Positions 49,401 to 61,503 of a stretch of 64,000 bases of DNA are shown piece after piece. Each line of letters begins with the position of its first letter. Within the stretch, counting starts at the first letter, position 1. The notes below the pieces were generated by a model that was not told the DNA's origin, did not search any database, and saw nothing but the letters and a program-made list of their open reading frames with translations. Origin of the DNA: Octopus bimaculoides (Eukaryota); the NCBI RefSeq assembly GCF_001194135.2, contig NC_068998.1, positions 16,746,834 to 16,810,833 of the forward strand, in the 5' to 3' direction. Made by a program: the position numbers and the translations under genes.

Positions 49401-50282
49401 ACCCAGCAGTGCATCTAGGATGTGATAGCTGGAAAGAAAGAGGTCTGTACCAAGCACTTGGTCAATATCCATTTCAGTTGAGTAGGCTGAAGCAATGTGT
49501 AATAAAGTGCCCTTGCTCAAAGACATAGTGCACTGCCTGCTCCAGGAACTGAACCTAGGAACTTATGGTCATGAGTGCGACACTCTAACCAACCACCAGA
49601 CCCCATACCTCCACAAAATCTTAGCTTCATCTGTTTTTTACTTTTTCCATACAGGGTTTGAGATACTTCTTGAGTGGGTGAATTCAGATTCGAATGTAGG
49701 CAGAATTTCATCAGTGGCTGAGGGATCCCTACCCCTGACGCAGTAACCCCTTTTACTTTCTTCATTGTTTCCCCCTTTTGTCTGAAATTGTGGCTCAATG
49801 TCACATGTCAGTGACTGACTTGGCAAGAATTTTTTTTTTTCCCCTCACTACCTGGCCAGTGCCACATGAAAAGCATCTGTGCTGGTGCCACATTAAAAGC
49901 CTCCAGTACACTCTGTTAAGCGGTTGGTGTTAGGAAGGGCTTCCAGCTGTAGAAACCATGCCAAAACAGACAAAATGGATCCTGGGCAGCTCTCCAACTG
50001 GCCAGCTCCTGTCAAACTGTCCAACTCATGCCAGCATGGAAAACAAACATTTAATGCTGCTGCTGCTGTTGATGATGATGATGATGACCTCCCCAATGCC
50101 AAAAGTGTGTAATTTGCATGCATACTACCATCCTATGTTCTGTTGCTGACATTTGACAGAGTAACCTGAAGTTAAATATTTCCGTACCTGAAATGTGTTG
50201 CTGAAAAGAATTCTGATTTTCCTGACCTAGTTGATATTAAAATGAAATTAAATGTGGTTAATAATTTCTGCTTTGTTTTCAG

Positions 50283-50492
50283 ACCATTCTGTATATCCTG
50301 ACAAAGAATGGAAAACACCAAACAATATTTTGTTTGAGATTTTTTTGGCCAAACTGAAAGCTTCTCATGGTAGAGAAATCAAACTCTCTCTGAAAGACTG
50401 TCAAGAATTTACAAAATCCTTGACAAAACGAAAAACTGAGAGAACTATGTCAGCTTCTTCTTTATTCAATGAAACACAGCATGAAGAATCTG
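50283..50492 (+). CDS. SZT2: SZT2 internal exon C, phase 1 to 1 (210 nt)
   Basis: ttttcag acceptor, G|gtaaag donor. Encodes TPNNILFEIFLAKLKASHGREIKLSLKDCQEF, similar to human [34 protein letters not shown] (recalled). Confidence 0.88.
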
Positions 50493-51492
50493 GTAAAGAA
50501 AGTTTTTTCGTTTTTATTTGTTTAATTGTTATTGTTTAGTTTCAGGTCAGCCTTAATAGTGCAAACCTATGGTTATAGACATTCCAGCAATGACCATCCC
50601 ATCTGTCTCCAAAAAAAAAAAAAAGTATCGAATGTGCTTCCTGAGCTGTAGGCTCATAATGCTGGTTTTCTGGATTTGGTGGCATATATATTCTCCCTGG
50701 ATGGGACGCCTGTCTATCACAGGATTACTCATTTTTGACAGCTGAGAAGACTGGAGCAACATGGAATGAAGTGTTTTGCTCAAGAACACAACACATTGCT
50801 TAGTCCAGGAATTGAAACCACAATCTTACAATCATGAGTGCAACATCCTAACCATTAAGCACATGCCTCCACTTTTGACCATCTGCCTGAGACTATATTA
50901 TCAAATGGGCCCTTCCTTTTATTTTCTCTCAAATCTCAACAAAACTATTTCAGAGCAGAAATGTTCCTTAATATTTTCATTGAGAAATGAGGCAAGCTGG
51001 CAGAATGGTTAGCATACCAGGCAAAAAGCTTAGCAGAATTTCAGCTGTCCTTACATTCTGAGTTCAAATGCCACTAAGGTTGACTTTGTTTTTCATCCTT
51101 TTGGGCTTGTTAAAATAAGTACCAGTTCAGCACTGGGGTTGATTTAATTGATCCCCCCCCCAAAAAAAAACTTGCTGGCCTTGTGCCAAAATTTGAAATG
51201 AATATTTTCATTGAGAGATGTGGTAGAATAAAAGCAGTTAAGTACCAAACAATATGCTTTGAGAAGTTTAGATAGGAGGTTATGTCATTTAAAATGAATT
51301 CTAATATTTTTTTTTCAAATGCTTCCAATTTGTTGTTGCCGTTATTAATAATAATAATAATGATGGCAATGATGATGATGATGATAATGTCTCAATTCCT
51401 TTTAATTTTATATCTAATAAATATAATATATTTTATTGAAATTAAATGATACCAAAATATTTTTTTTTGTTTTTCATCTTCTATCTATCTAG

Positions 51493-51851
51493 ATCCTTCT
51501 TGTGATAAGAAAACTAATCTAGGTGGACAGGAGGAAGTACCAAAAGATGCAGGTAATAAAGATTCAACGACTGGTAAGGATGGCTGCAACAATGCTGCTC
51601 CAACCAAATGGTGTTGCTTCATTCAAGACATTAACCATTCACATATGTTCCTGATATTTGTCCCAGCATCTTTCGATGATTTGCTCACTCTGAAATCCAG
51701 CAGCTTCACTGAGACATTGCATGATAATCTAGAGATTGTTGCAGTAAAAGAGTGGGATTTAGATTGTCAAAAGTTACCTGATCAGTTATCTGATGAGGTG
51801 CTATCAAATAAAGAAAGGCTTTCAAATGAGACCTTGTCAACAACAGAACTG
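51493..51851 (+). CDS. SZT2: SZT2 internal exon D, phase 1 to 0
   Basis: tctag acceptor, CTG|gtaaat donor. Encodes PTKWCCFIQDINHSHMFLIFVPASFDDL, similar to human [28 protein letters not shown] (recalled). Confidence 0.88.
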
Positions 51852-53488
51852 GTAAATTCCATTTTTGTAATTTTTTTTGTTGTTATTATTATTATTGAGG
51901 GTGCATGGTCTAGTGTTGTACTCATGATTGTAAGATCGTGGTTTCAATTCACAGATTGGGTGGTACATTGTGTTCTTGAGCAAAACACCTCATCTTACAT
52001 TGCTCTGCAATTACTTTGACACCTGGCACACCGTGTACCTGTTCAGGTAACATCTAGATGTGCTGCTGGATCAAAGATGAGGAGGCTAAGAAAGTATCTA
52101 AGTCTGCTTATGACTACACTGGCACCTAAAGCAATTAGCATAAACATGGTACATGTCACCAAACATACTTTCTTGTGAATGGCAGCTGGCTGTTCTGTAC
52201 TGTAAGCTGGTGCTTAGAACATAATGATAGAAAAGTTCTCGAGTATAATTATACTGGAAGGTTTTAATCTGTATATGAATGCCTTAAAATGAGAGATTTT
52301 GTATTACAGAACTAGGAATAGCTTCAGGATCACTTCAGAGCTAGTTTCTTTATCTTATATTTAATTATATGATCCAGACAAGAGCACAGTATTATAGTGA
52401 TAGAAAATGGACGGCATCAAACTGCTTCATTTACACAGATATATTCATCCTTGTAGATATTATTACTTTATGAAATGATGGAAATCATTATTAGTGTTTT
52501 TGCTGTCCCTCTATCATTCTTTAACCTTTCATCACTTGGCATAAAGCCACCTACTTCAATAGTACTCCTCACTCAGCCGAGGAGTCTTGATTTGTGAGTT
52601 ACTGGGTGATCTCACTGATGCTAGTGCCATGTGAAAAAGCATCCAGTACCCTGTGTAAAGTGCTTGGAATTAAGAAGGGCATCCAGTCACAGAAACCATG
52701 TCAGCATAGACATTAGAGCATAGCATTGTCCTTTGACTTGCCAGCTCCTGTTGAAACTATGTCATCATGAAAAATGAACATTAACCCTTTAGCATTTAAA
52801 CTGGCCATATCTGGCCCAAATATGCCTCTTGTTTTAAGTTCAAACTGACTGGGTCTAGCCTCTCACACATACCCTACAATATCATCCTAAAAATAGACAA
52901 TGACATTATTGAAATCTCAAAGCTATGAGACAATACTGGCACTGGTGCTCCGTTGGTTATGATGACAAGGGTTCCAGTTGATCCAATCAACAGAACAGCC
53001 TGCTTGTGAGATTAACGTGCAAGTGGCTGAGCACTCCTAATTCTCAAGGAGATTCAGTGTGATATAGAATGTGACAAGGCTGGCCCTTTGAAATACAGGC
53101 ACTACTCAATTTTGCCAGCTGAGTGGACTGGAGCAACGTGAAGTACAGTGTCTTTCTCAAGAGCACAACCAGGAATTGAACTCACAACCTTACAATTGTA
53201 AGCCAAATGCCCTAACCACTAAGCTATACACCTTTACAAGACAATACATGACTAATTCAAAGCAATATGAATAAATAAGCTTTACACTTGGCAGAGTAAT
53301 TTGAACACTAAAGGGTTAAATGATGATGCAGATGATGATGATGATGACTCTATTCTTCTGTTATTCAACCAGCATCCTAATTATGTAGACAATTATGTTA
53401 CTATTGCATTATTTCAATAATTTCACATAAATTACTTACATCTTTTAAAATTAAAATATATATCATTTTTTTTTTTCTTTTTCCAAAG

Positions 53489-54230
53489 AACCCTCAAAAT
53501 ATAAAGGGCCAAAATTTACCTCAAGGGATGAACCATTCTCCTTTACAGCCAACACAAATTCATTCTTTTCCACCACAATCCCCAGCACAAGTGGACTTTC
53601 CTTTATCTCCTTTAATAGAGCAGCCATCTTTGATTCAAACTTCAGAACAAGGAAAGACCTCGTTATCTCCTTCTCAGATAACTATTTCTTCAAACAAACC
53701 AAATGTTTCTCCATCTCAATTGCATGGTGGTTATTCTCAACCATTCCAACAACAAGTACCACCATTGTTATCCACTTTAAGACATGATATTCCTTCAACA
53801 GAGCCACTCAGTGATATACCTACTTCAGTGCATCCTACTGCAGATAGTGCTTTTAATTTTCCTCCCGATGACATAAATTTAGAGTATGATACTTCCATGT
53901 TCCAAAAGAAAGAAAACTTTGTGATTCCTGTCTACATCTATGATTGTGCTTTGTCAAGAATCACCGACTCCCTTGTTCACAAAAGTACTTTCACCCTACC
54001 TCCTGATATCTATGAGGACCATCAGTTCCTTGAAAATATTTTTCTAGGATGTGAGCCCTTCTCTAAAGTATTTAACAATTTAGACATCCATGATGACAGC
54101 AGCGAGGGGGGTCGTCACAGCACGGCTTCTCTGGATCGACGTTCTAATGACAGCACTTCAGACTACCCTGGTGAATTCAAGAAACAGAAAGAGAAGATCA
54201 TGGAAGTGTTTTATAGCAGCTATGTCACAG
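53489..54230 (+). CDS. SZT2: SZT2 internal exon E, phase 0 to 1 (742 nt; Pro/Ser/Gln-rich region then conserved IPVYIYDC)
   Basis: Poly-T tract plus ccaaag acceptor, G|gtgagt donor. Contains the longest real ORF of the window (53528-54238). IPVYIYDC is similar to human CPVYIYSC (recalled). Confidence 0.92.
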
Positions 54231-55517
54231 GTGAGTAGATTTACAAAAGGACAGATCTATATTATGTTTTCTAGGTAATGTCTGGAAAATCAATTTTTTT
54301 AACAATAAATCTTTCTTTCACTTGCTTCACTCATTTGACTGCAGCCATGCTGGAGCACCACCTTGAAGGGTTTTAGTAAAATGAATTGACCCCAGTACTT
54401 ATTGTGTCAGTCACTTTTGCCAAACCTCTAAATTATAAGGGGATAAACAAACCAATACCAGTCGTTAAGTAGATTGAAGGAGACACACACACACACTTTG
54501 CTTCTCCCAAATTGACTTACAAGACTTTGGTTGCCCCAAAGCTATAATTGAAGACACATGCCCAAGGTACCATGCAGTGAGACGACTTGAAACCTTGTGG
54601 TTGAGAAGTAAACTTCTTACTTCACAGCCACACCTGCACCTATTACATATTGGTTTCTTACATAGGCACAAGGTCTTCAATTGGAGAGCAGTCAATCATA
54701 TTGTTACTAGTACTTGACTGATGTTTCCCAAATACTAGGTTTGACATAATTGACTGTTCCACTGGCTGTGTGGTTAAGATGTTTGCTTCCCAACCTTGTG
54801 GTTTTAGTTTCAATCCTACTGTGTGGAGTTGGCCAAAACTTTCTGAGTGGATTTGATGGACAGAAGCAGAAAGAAGCCCAGTGTGTGTGTGCGTGCGTGT
54901 GTTTATGTTTGTTTTTTTTTAAATCCATTTTCCCATGCTTGCACCAGATGAAATTTGCTGAGGCAAGTTTTCTATGGTTGGATGCCCTTCCTGTTGCCAA
55001 CCTTCACCTGTTTCCAAGTAAAATAATATTTCCCCATGATCAGACATGTTTTTTCCTGGAATATTGGAAATGAAGGACAATGCTTGCTCAATGATGCCAC
55101 AGATTTGCAAGTATCATGCGATGTAAAGACAAGAAAGCAGCAAAACACACACACACACANNNNNNNNNNNNNNNNNNNNNNNNNNNNNNNNNNNNNNNNN
55201 NNNNNNNNNNNNNNNNNNNNNNNNNNNNNNNNNNNNNNNNNNNNNNNNNNNNNNNNNNNNNNNNNNNNNNNNNNNNNNNNNNNNNNNNNNNNNNNNNNNN
55301 NNNNNNNNNNNNNNNNNNNNNNNNNNNNNNNNNNNNNNNNNNNNNNNNNNNNNAGATACTTCTAGTTTTAATTATAAAATAAAATAGCATTCATAGAAGC
55401 AGGTATCAATATTTGTGGAATATTGCATTAGTAAAAGTCTGGAATTCATTTGTGAGTGAGACAGTCATTTATTATTTTCTCTCCTTAACAAATCCCAAAT
55501 GTCATGATATATTGTAG

Positions 55518-55761
55518 GAATTTTCCGAAATTTGACTGATCAGCACTACGTAGATAAAATGGACATGGATGCAGCTGTTAATATTTGCGACGAATTGTTA
55601 CCTATAGAAATAAACATTGTGAATTTCTTACATGCTACCTGTGGACATTTTCGACAAGCCATCACCAAGCTGAAACAGAATGCAGAGGAAGACAATTCAT
55701 CTTTTTTAAGCACTGGTTCTCCACGTAAATCAGCAGTCCGATTTGCAGACAGCAGTGAAAG
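55518..55761 (+). CDS. SZT2: SZT2 internal exon F, phase 1 to 2
   Basis: ttgtag acceptor, AG|gtgagc donor. Encodes GIFRNLTDQHYVDKMDMDAAVNICDELLPIEINIVNFLHATCGH, similar to human [43 protein letters not shown] (recalled). Confidence 0.95.
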
Positions 55762-58700
55762 GTGAGCTCTATAAGGTTGTCAATTTTGTTTCCCTTTAAC
55801 AAACATCATGATGTTAAAATGTGTAAGTACAATTTCTAGAATTTATGTATTTGGTGTAAAATATTGCATGTACCATCATCAACTTTTGACGTCCGGTTTC
55901 CATGCCGGCATGGGCTGGATGGCATGACGGGAACTGGCAAGACTAAGGGCTGCACCAGGTTCCATAGTCTATTTTGTTTTGGTTCCTAAAGCTAGAACCC
56001 TTCCCAATGCCAACTGCTTTACTGAGTGTATTGGGTGCTTTTTATGTGGCACCAGCACCCACAACAATACTTTTCACATGGCACCTTGGTTTTAGGATCT
56101 CAATTCTATTGTGGTGGGCAGGTTTTCTTGAGTACAGCAATGCACCACATGGGGTGAAGAAATCCCATGGAGGTGGGATGCAGAGGGTTTGCAGATCAGT
56201 CCCTCTGCAGAGCTTGACATCATATTGGCCAGTAGGCAGAAGGCCATCAAGTTGGCTTTGGAGGTTGTGGATATGTTGTTTCAAGGTGGCTGTGGATCAG
56301 GACGTGCAAGTCTTGAAAGTGGCAGCGTTACCTAGGGTCGTGCTAACTAGACACAATCTGGGGCTTGATCAATGCCCTAACCAGGTTGGGTTGCCTGAGT
56401 GAAGGTGTCTCATGTTGAAAGACTTGGAACTCCTAATGATCTCCAGGAAACATTATTAACAATGTCTCCATTTGCATCACAGGATAATCTTTTATCAAAT
56501 GACTGAAACAAGTAAAAGCTAAAATATCTTTTAGCCATTTCGGTCATTTGATTGTNNNNNNNNNNNNNNNNNNNNNNNNNNNNNNNNNNNNNNNNNNNNN
56601 NNNNNNNNNNNNNNNNNNNNNNNNNNNNNNNNNNNNNNNNNNNNNNNNNNNNNNNNNNNNNNNNNNNNNNNNNNNNNNNNNNNNNNNNNNNNNNNNNNNN
56701 NNNNNNNNNNNNNNNNNNNNNNNNNNNNNNNNNNNNNNNNNNNNNNNNNNNNNNNNNNNNNNNNNNNNNNNNNNNNNNNNNNNNNNNNNNNNNNNNNNNN
56801 NNNNNNNNNNNNNNNNNNNNNNNNNNNNNNNNNNNNNNNNNNNNNNNNNNNNNNNNNNNNNNNNNNNNNNNNNNNNNNNNNNNNNNNNNNNNNNNNNNNN
56901 NNNNNNNNNNNNNNNNNNNNNNNNNNNNNNNNNNNNNNNNNNNNNNNNNNNNNNNNNNNNNNNNNNNNNNNNNNNNNNNNNNNNNNNNNNNNNNNNNNNN
57001 NNNNNNNNTATATATATATATATATATATGACAGGCTTCTTTCAGTTTCCATCTACCAAATGCACTCACAAGGCTTTGGTTGGCCTGAGGTTATAGTAGA
57101 AGACACTTTCCCAAGGTGCCACACAGTTGGACTGAACCCAGAACCATGTGATTGGGAAGCAAGCTTCTTATCACACAACCACAAGAAAAACATTTGATGT
57201 TTTAGACAGGACACTTCCACTTTTATTTAAAAAATTTTATGAACTGTTTTTGTAGAGAGACTTTTAGTTTCCGTGGATCTTAGTTTACTTTCTCTTATAT
57301 CATTGATTGACACATGCACAAATAAATAACACACATGTAATTCCACTTGCATAAAAACACAATACATGTGTGTGTGTGTATGTGTGTGTGTGTATCNNNN
57401 NNNNNNNNNNNNNNNNNNNGGGGGGGGGGGGGGCTGCAAAGTTCTTGGCTTTGGGTGAAAGAAAATGCAAGTGGATCAGTGAATTAGGATTTTATTCGAC
57501 ATGTTCTCCTCTCCACACACTTGTTGTAGCAGTTCTTCAGTTTTTCTAAATCCTATGAAAGAACTCAGAAGGTTGGGGCGACAAACACTAAGACTCTCTG
57601 TCTGTCTGCCTCTCTCTCTCCCACACACATGACGAGGCTTTACCACATTTTCAGATTCACTAACAAGGCATTATTTGGCCCAGGGCTATAGTAGAAGACA
57701 CTTGCCCAAGGTACTGTGAAGTGGGATTGAAATCCTGAAACTGTAGTATTGGTTTCTTTATGCTCCCAAGATTTAGGGGTTCAGCAAGCAAGACGAATGG
57801 AATAAATATCAGACTTAGAAATATGTTGATTTGGGTTGATTTGTTTGACTAAAAGCCTAGAAGGTGATGCCCCAGCATGGCCACAGTCCAATGACTGAAG
57901 AAAGTAAAAGATAAAGTAATTATTTGTATGCTCTAAATCTATATCATGTTTTCTACTCTGGTCATTTAAAGATATAGTATTATATTATTATATTTCTAAA
58001 TTAAGGTGGTGATTAGATAAAATCATTAGCACACCATTAGATAGAATCGTTAGCAGCATTTCATCCATCCTCACATTCTGAGTTCAAATTCCATTGGAGT
58101 TGACTCTGCCTTTCATCCTTTCAGAGTCGATACAATAAGTACCATATGAACACTGGGGTCAATGTAATTGACTTAGCCCCTCCTCCAAAATTGCTGGCCT
58201 TGTGCCAAAATTTCAATCCATCATATTTCTAAATTGATGTTCTAGTTTATTTTATTATAATATATAGAAATTACTGTTTCAATACTCAGCAATTTACTGC
58301 TGATATATTGTCTTTATGGTGTTCGAACCTCAAGAGCGTGCCCTGGCACTTGCCACCAACTATATCTCTCTCTTCCTTTACTCAACCATCCCATTTATAT
58401 TCTGATCCCCGTCCCTTGTAAGTATGCCTGGCACTTTGCCACCAACTCTATCCTGCTGTCTTCAACTCTCTCTTCTCCTCCTGCACTTCCCGCAGGTTGG
58501 GTAACCATGTATTTCCTTTGTGGCAGCACACCTGTTTCTGTCTTCATTCCTGATCTCTCTCCCCTCCCCTGGCCGGGTAACCTTGTGCCTCCTATACAGC
58601 AAGACACCTGTTTCTGTCTCATTATAATCTTTCATCATCTGACACAAGGTCACTTCTTCCAATGCTCCCTTCCCTCTCAAAAGAGATTTTATTTTGTCTT

Positions 58701-59075
58701 GCAAGTACTTAGTGACCCCGTCAGTGCAGGTGCCACTTAAAAGCTCCCAGTCGACACTGTAAAGTGGTTGGCATTTGGAAGGGCATCCAACTGTAAAAAC
58801 CTTGCCAAAACTGATCTTGCCTGTGCTTATGTAATGCAAAAAGCTAAAAAGCACTAAGTCCACTCTGCTGAGTGGTTGGTGTTAGGAAGGGTATCCAACA
58901 CTAAAAATCCTGCCAAAACAGTTACAGAAGTCTGGTGCGGGCTTCTGCCTGGCTGGCTCTTGTCAAACCGTCCCACCCATGCTAGCATGGAAGGCGGATG
59001 TTAAATGATGATGATGACTTCCCTTAACTCTAATTTACTTAAATTCCATGTCAGTATCATTCTATTTTTGTCCAG

Positions 59076-59292
59076 AAATATTGACCAGCCATTGTTTCAG
59101 CTTCCACCAGGCCGAGTACCTATTCCATTGGCACCCACAGAGGAAGGTTTCTGTTGTGAATACATTTCAGAATTGCATCAGATTATTCCCACCAAGTTTA
59201 AGGAAACGATGAGTACATGGTTCTTACCAGTGCCAAATTGTCCTGGTTACTATTTCTACTGTCCTATTCAGTCTGGCTTCAGTGATAATGTG
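59076..59292 (+). CDS. SZT2: SZT2 internal exon G, phase 2 to 0
   Basis: ttgtccag acceptor, GTG|gtaagt donor. Encodes LHQIIPTKFKETMSTWFLPVPNCPGYYFYCP, similar to human [31 protein letters not shown] (recalled). Confidence 0.95.
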
Positions 59293-59350
59293 GTAAGTAG
59301 TTACTAGATGACCAATTTCTATAGTCTTTGTTTGGCTTCTCATTTACATC

Positions 59351-59382
<32 letters not shown>

Positions 59383-59920
59383 TAATAATAATGATAATAA
59401 TATTTCTTTGATTATGTTGAACAAGTACAAGTGTGGCTGTATGGTAAGAAGTTTGCTTCCCAGTTTCATGGTTTTGGGTTCAGTCCCACTGTATGGCAAC
59501 TCAGGCAAGTGTCTTTTACTATAGCCTTAGGCCAACCAAAGCCTTCTGAGTGGATCTGATAGATAGAAACTGAAAGAAGCCCATTGTGTATATATGAATA
59601 TATGTGTGTGTGTGTGTGTGTATTACTGTCTCCTTGTCTTGACTTTGTGTGATAGTGGTTAATGATTGTCGCAGTTATGCAAATGGTGTCCCTTGTTACC
59701 AAATCTTCCATGAAACATGCCTAGTCACAGCAAAATATCACCTTACTTGGAAAACAGGTGAGGGGGTTGGTGACAGGAAGGGAATCAGGGCCTTGAAAAT
59801 CTCTCTCAATAAATTCTGTCTGACCTTTGCAAACATAGAAACGTGGACAGTAAAATAACAATGATGGTGGTGATGGTGGTGTGGCGCAGGTGTGATCCAT
59901 TATGATTTCATTAAACCTGG

Positions 59921-60828
59921 NNNNNNNNNNNNNNNNNNNNNNNNNNNNNNNNNNNNNNNNNNNNNNNNNNNNNNNNNNNNNNNNNNNNNNNNNNNNNNNN
60001 NNNNNNNNNNNNNNNNNNNNNNNNNNNNNNNNNNNNNNNNNNNNNNNNNNNNNNNNNNNNNNNNNNNNNNNNNNNNNNNNNNNNNNNNNNNNNNNNNNNN
60101 NNNNNNNNNNNNNNNNNNNNNNNNNNNNNNNNNNNNNNNNNNNNNNNNNNNNNNNNNNNNNNNNNNNNNNNNNNNNNNNNNNNNNNNNNNNNNNNNNNNN
60201 NNNNNNNNNNNNNNNNNNNNNNNNNNNNNNNNNNNNNNNNNNNNNNNNNNNNNNNNNNNNNNNNNNNNNNNNNNNNNNNNNNNNNNNNNNNNNNNNNNNN
60301 NNNNNNNNNNNNNNNNNNNNNNNNNNNNNNNNNNNNNNNNNNNNNNNNNNNNNNNNNNNNNNNNNNNNNNNNNNNNNNNNNNNNNNNNNNNNNNNNNNNN
60401 NNNNNNNNNNNNNNNNNNNNNNNNNNNNNNNNNNNNNNNNNNNNNNNNNNNNNNNNNNNNNNNNNNNNNNNNNNNNNNNNNNNNNNNNNNNNNNNNNNNN
60501 NNNNNNNNNNNNNNNNNNNNNNNNNNNNNNNNNNNNNNNNNNNNNNNNNNNNNNNNNNNNNNNNNNNNNNNNNNNNNNNNNNNNNNNNNNNNNNNNNNNN
60601 NNNNNNNNNNNNNNNNNNNNNNNNNNNNNNNNNNNNNNNNNNNNNNNNNNNNNNNNNNNNNNNNNNNNNNNNNNNNNNNNNNNNNNNNNNNNNNNNNNNN
60701 NNNNNNNNNNNNNNNNNNNNNNNNNNNNNNNNNNNNNNNNNNNNNNNNNNNNNNNNNNNNNNNNNNNNNNNNNNNNNNNNNNNNNNNNNNNNNNNNNNNN
60801 NNNNNNNNNNNNNNNNNNNNNNNNNNNC
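59921..60828. other. Assembly gap (largest of eight: also 4031-4040, 34671-34770, 39202-39236, 55160-55353, 56556-57008, 57397-57419, 62314-62649)
   Basis: Runs of N; most adjoin microsatellites or young repeats. Confidence 1.
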
Positions 60829-61004
60829 TTATGTGCAATATACCTGAAAAAGAAAAGCAAAAAGTAAAAGGCTGGAGAGGTTTATTTGGTTAGGAATGGC
60901 CTGGCTAAATAACAAGATTTAATCTTTTTGTTACCATATATCTGTTGAAATACAAAGCTGTTGTTTTAATTAATTTAAATGCAGTGCCACTTAGTGTTTT
61001 GCTT

Positions 61005-61222
61005 GGTGTGCTAATGATTCTGCCAGCTCACAAGGGGCTGCACACAGAGGGGACGAACAAGAACAGACAAACAGATTAAGTCGATTATATTGACCCCAGT
61101 GCGTAACTGGTACCGAAAGGATGAAAGGCAAAGTCGACCTCGATGGAATTTGAACTCAGAACGTTACGGCAGACGAAATATCACTAAGCATTTCGCCCAG
61201 CGTGCTAACATTTCTGCCATTC
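61005..61222 (-). mobile_element. SINE family B copy
   Basis: Reverse complement of 3685-3915 including its distinctive tail. Confidence 0.85.
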
Positions 61223-61454
61223 CCCAGCTCACAGCCTTATGTCTAGAATATGAATTAACATGAAATTTTGATGGAAGGTTTTAAAGTTAGCTCACTTTAA
61301 AAAAAAGGAAGTTGATATCATAGAAGCAGATATCTGTCAAAAGGGTTTTAAAAAAAAAACCAAAACCAAGAAATCAAATGTAAAGATTACAATGATTACA
61401 ACTGCTTAACTTGTAGAATATATTAAATATATTTTCAACCATTGTTTATTTCAG

Positions 61455-61503
61455 CCATTTGAACAAACCTCTAACATGTCAGAACAGAATCAAACAACAA
61501 ATG
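61455..61503 (+). CDS. SZT2: SZT2 49-nt mini-exon H, phase 0 to 1 (PFEQTSNMSEQNQTTN)
   Basis: atttcag acceptor and G|gtatgt donor. Supplies the phase change needed between exon G (ends phase 0) and exon I (starts phase 1). No sequence homology recognised. Confidence 0.75.
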
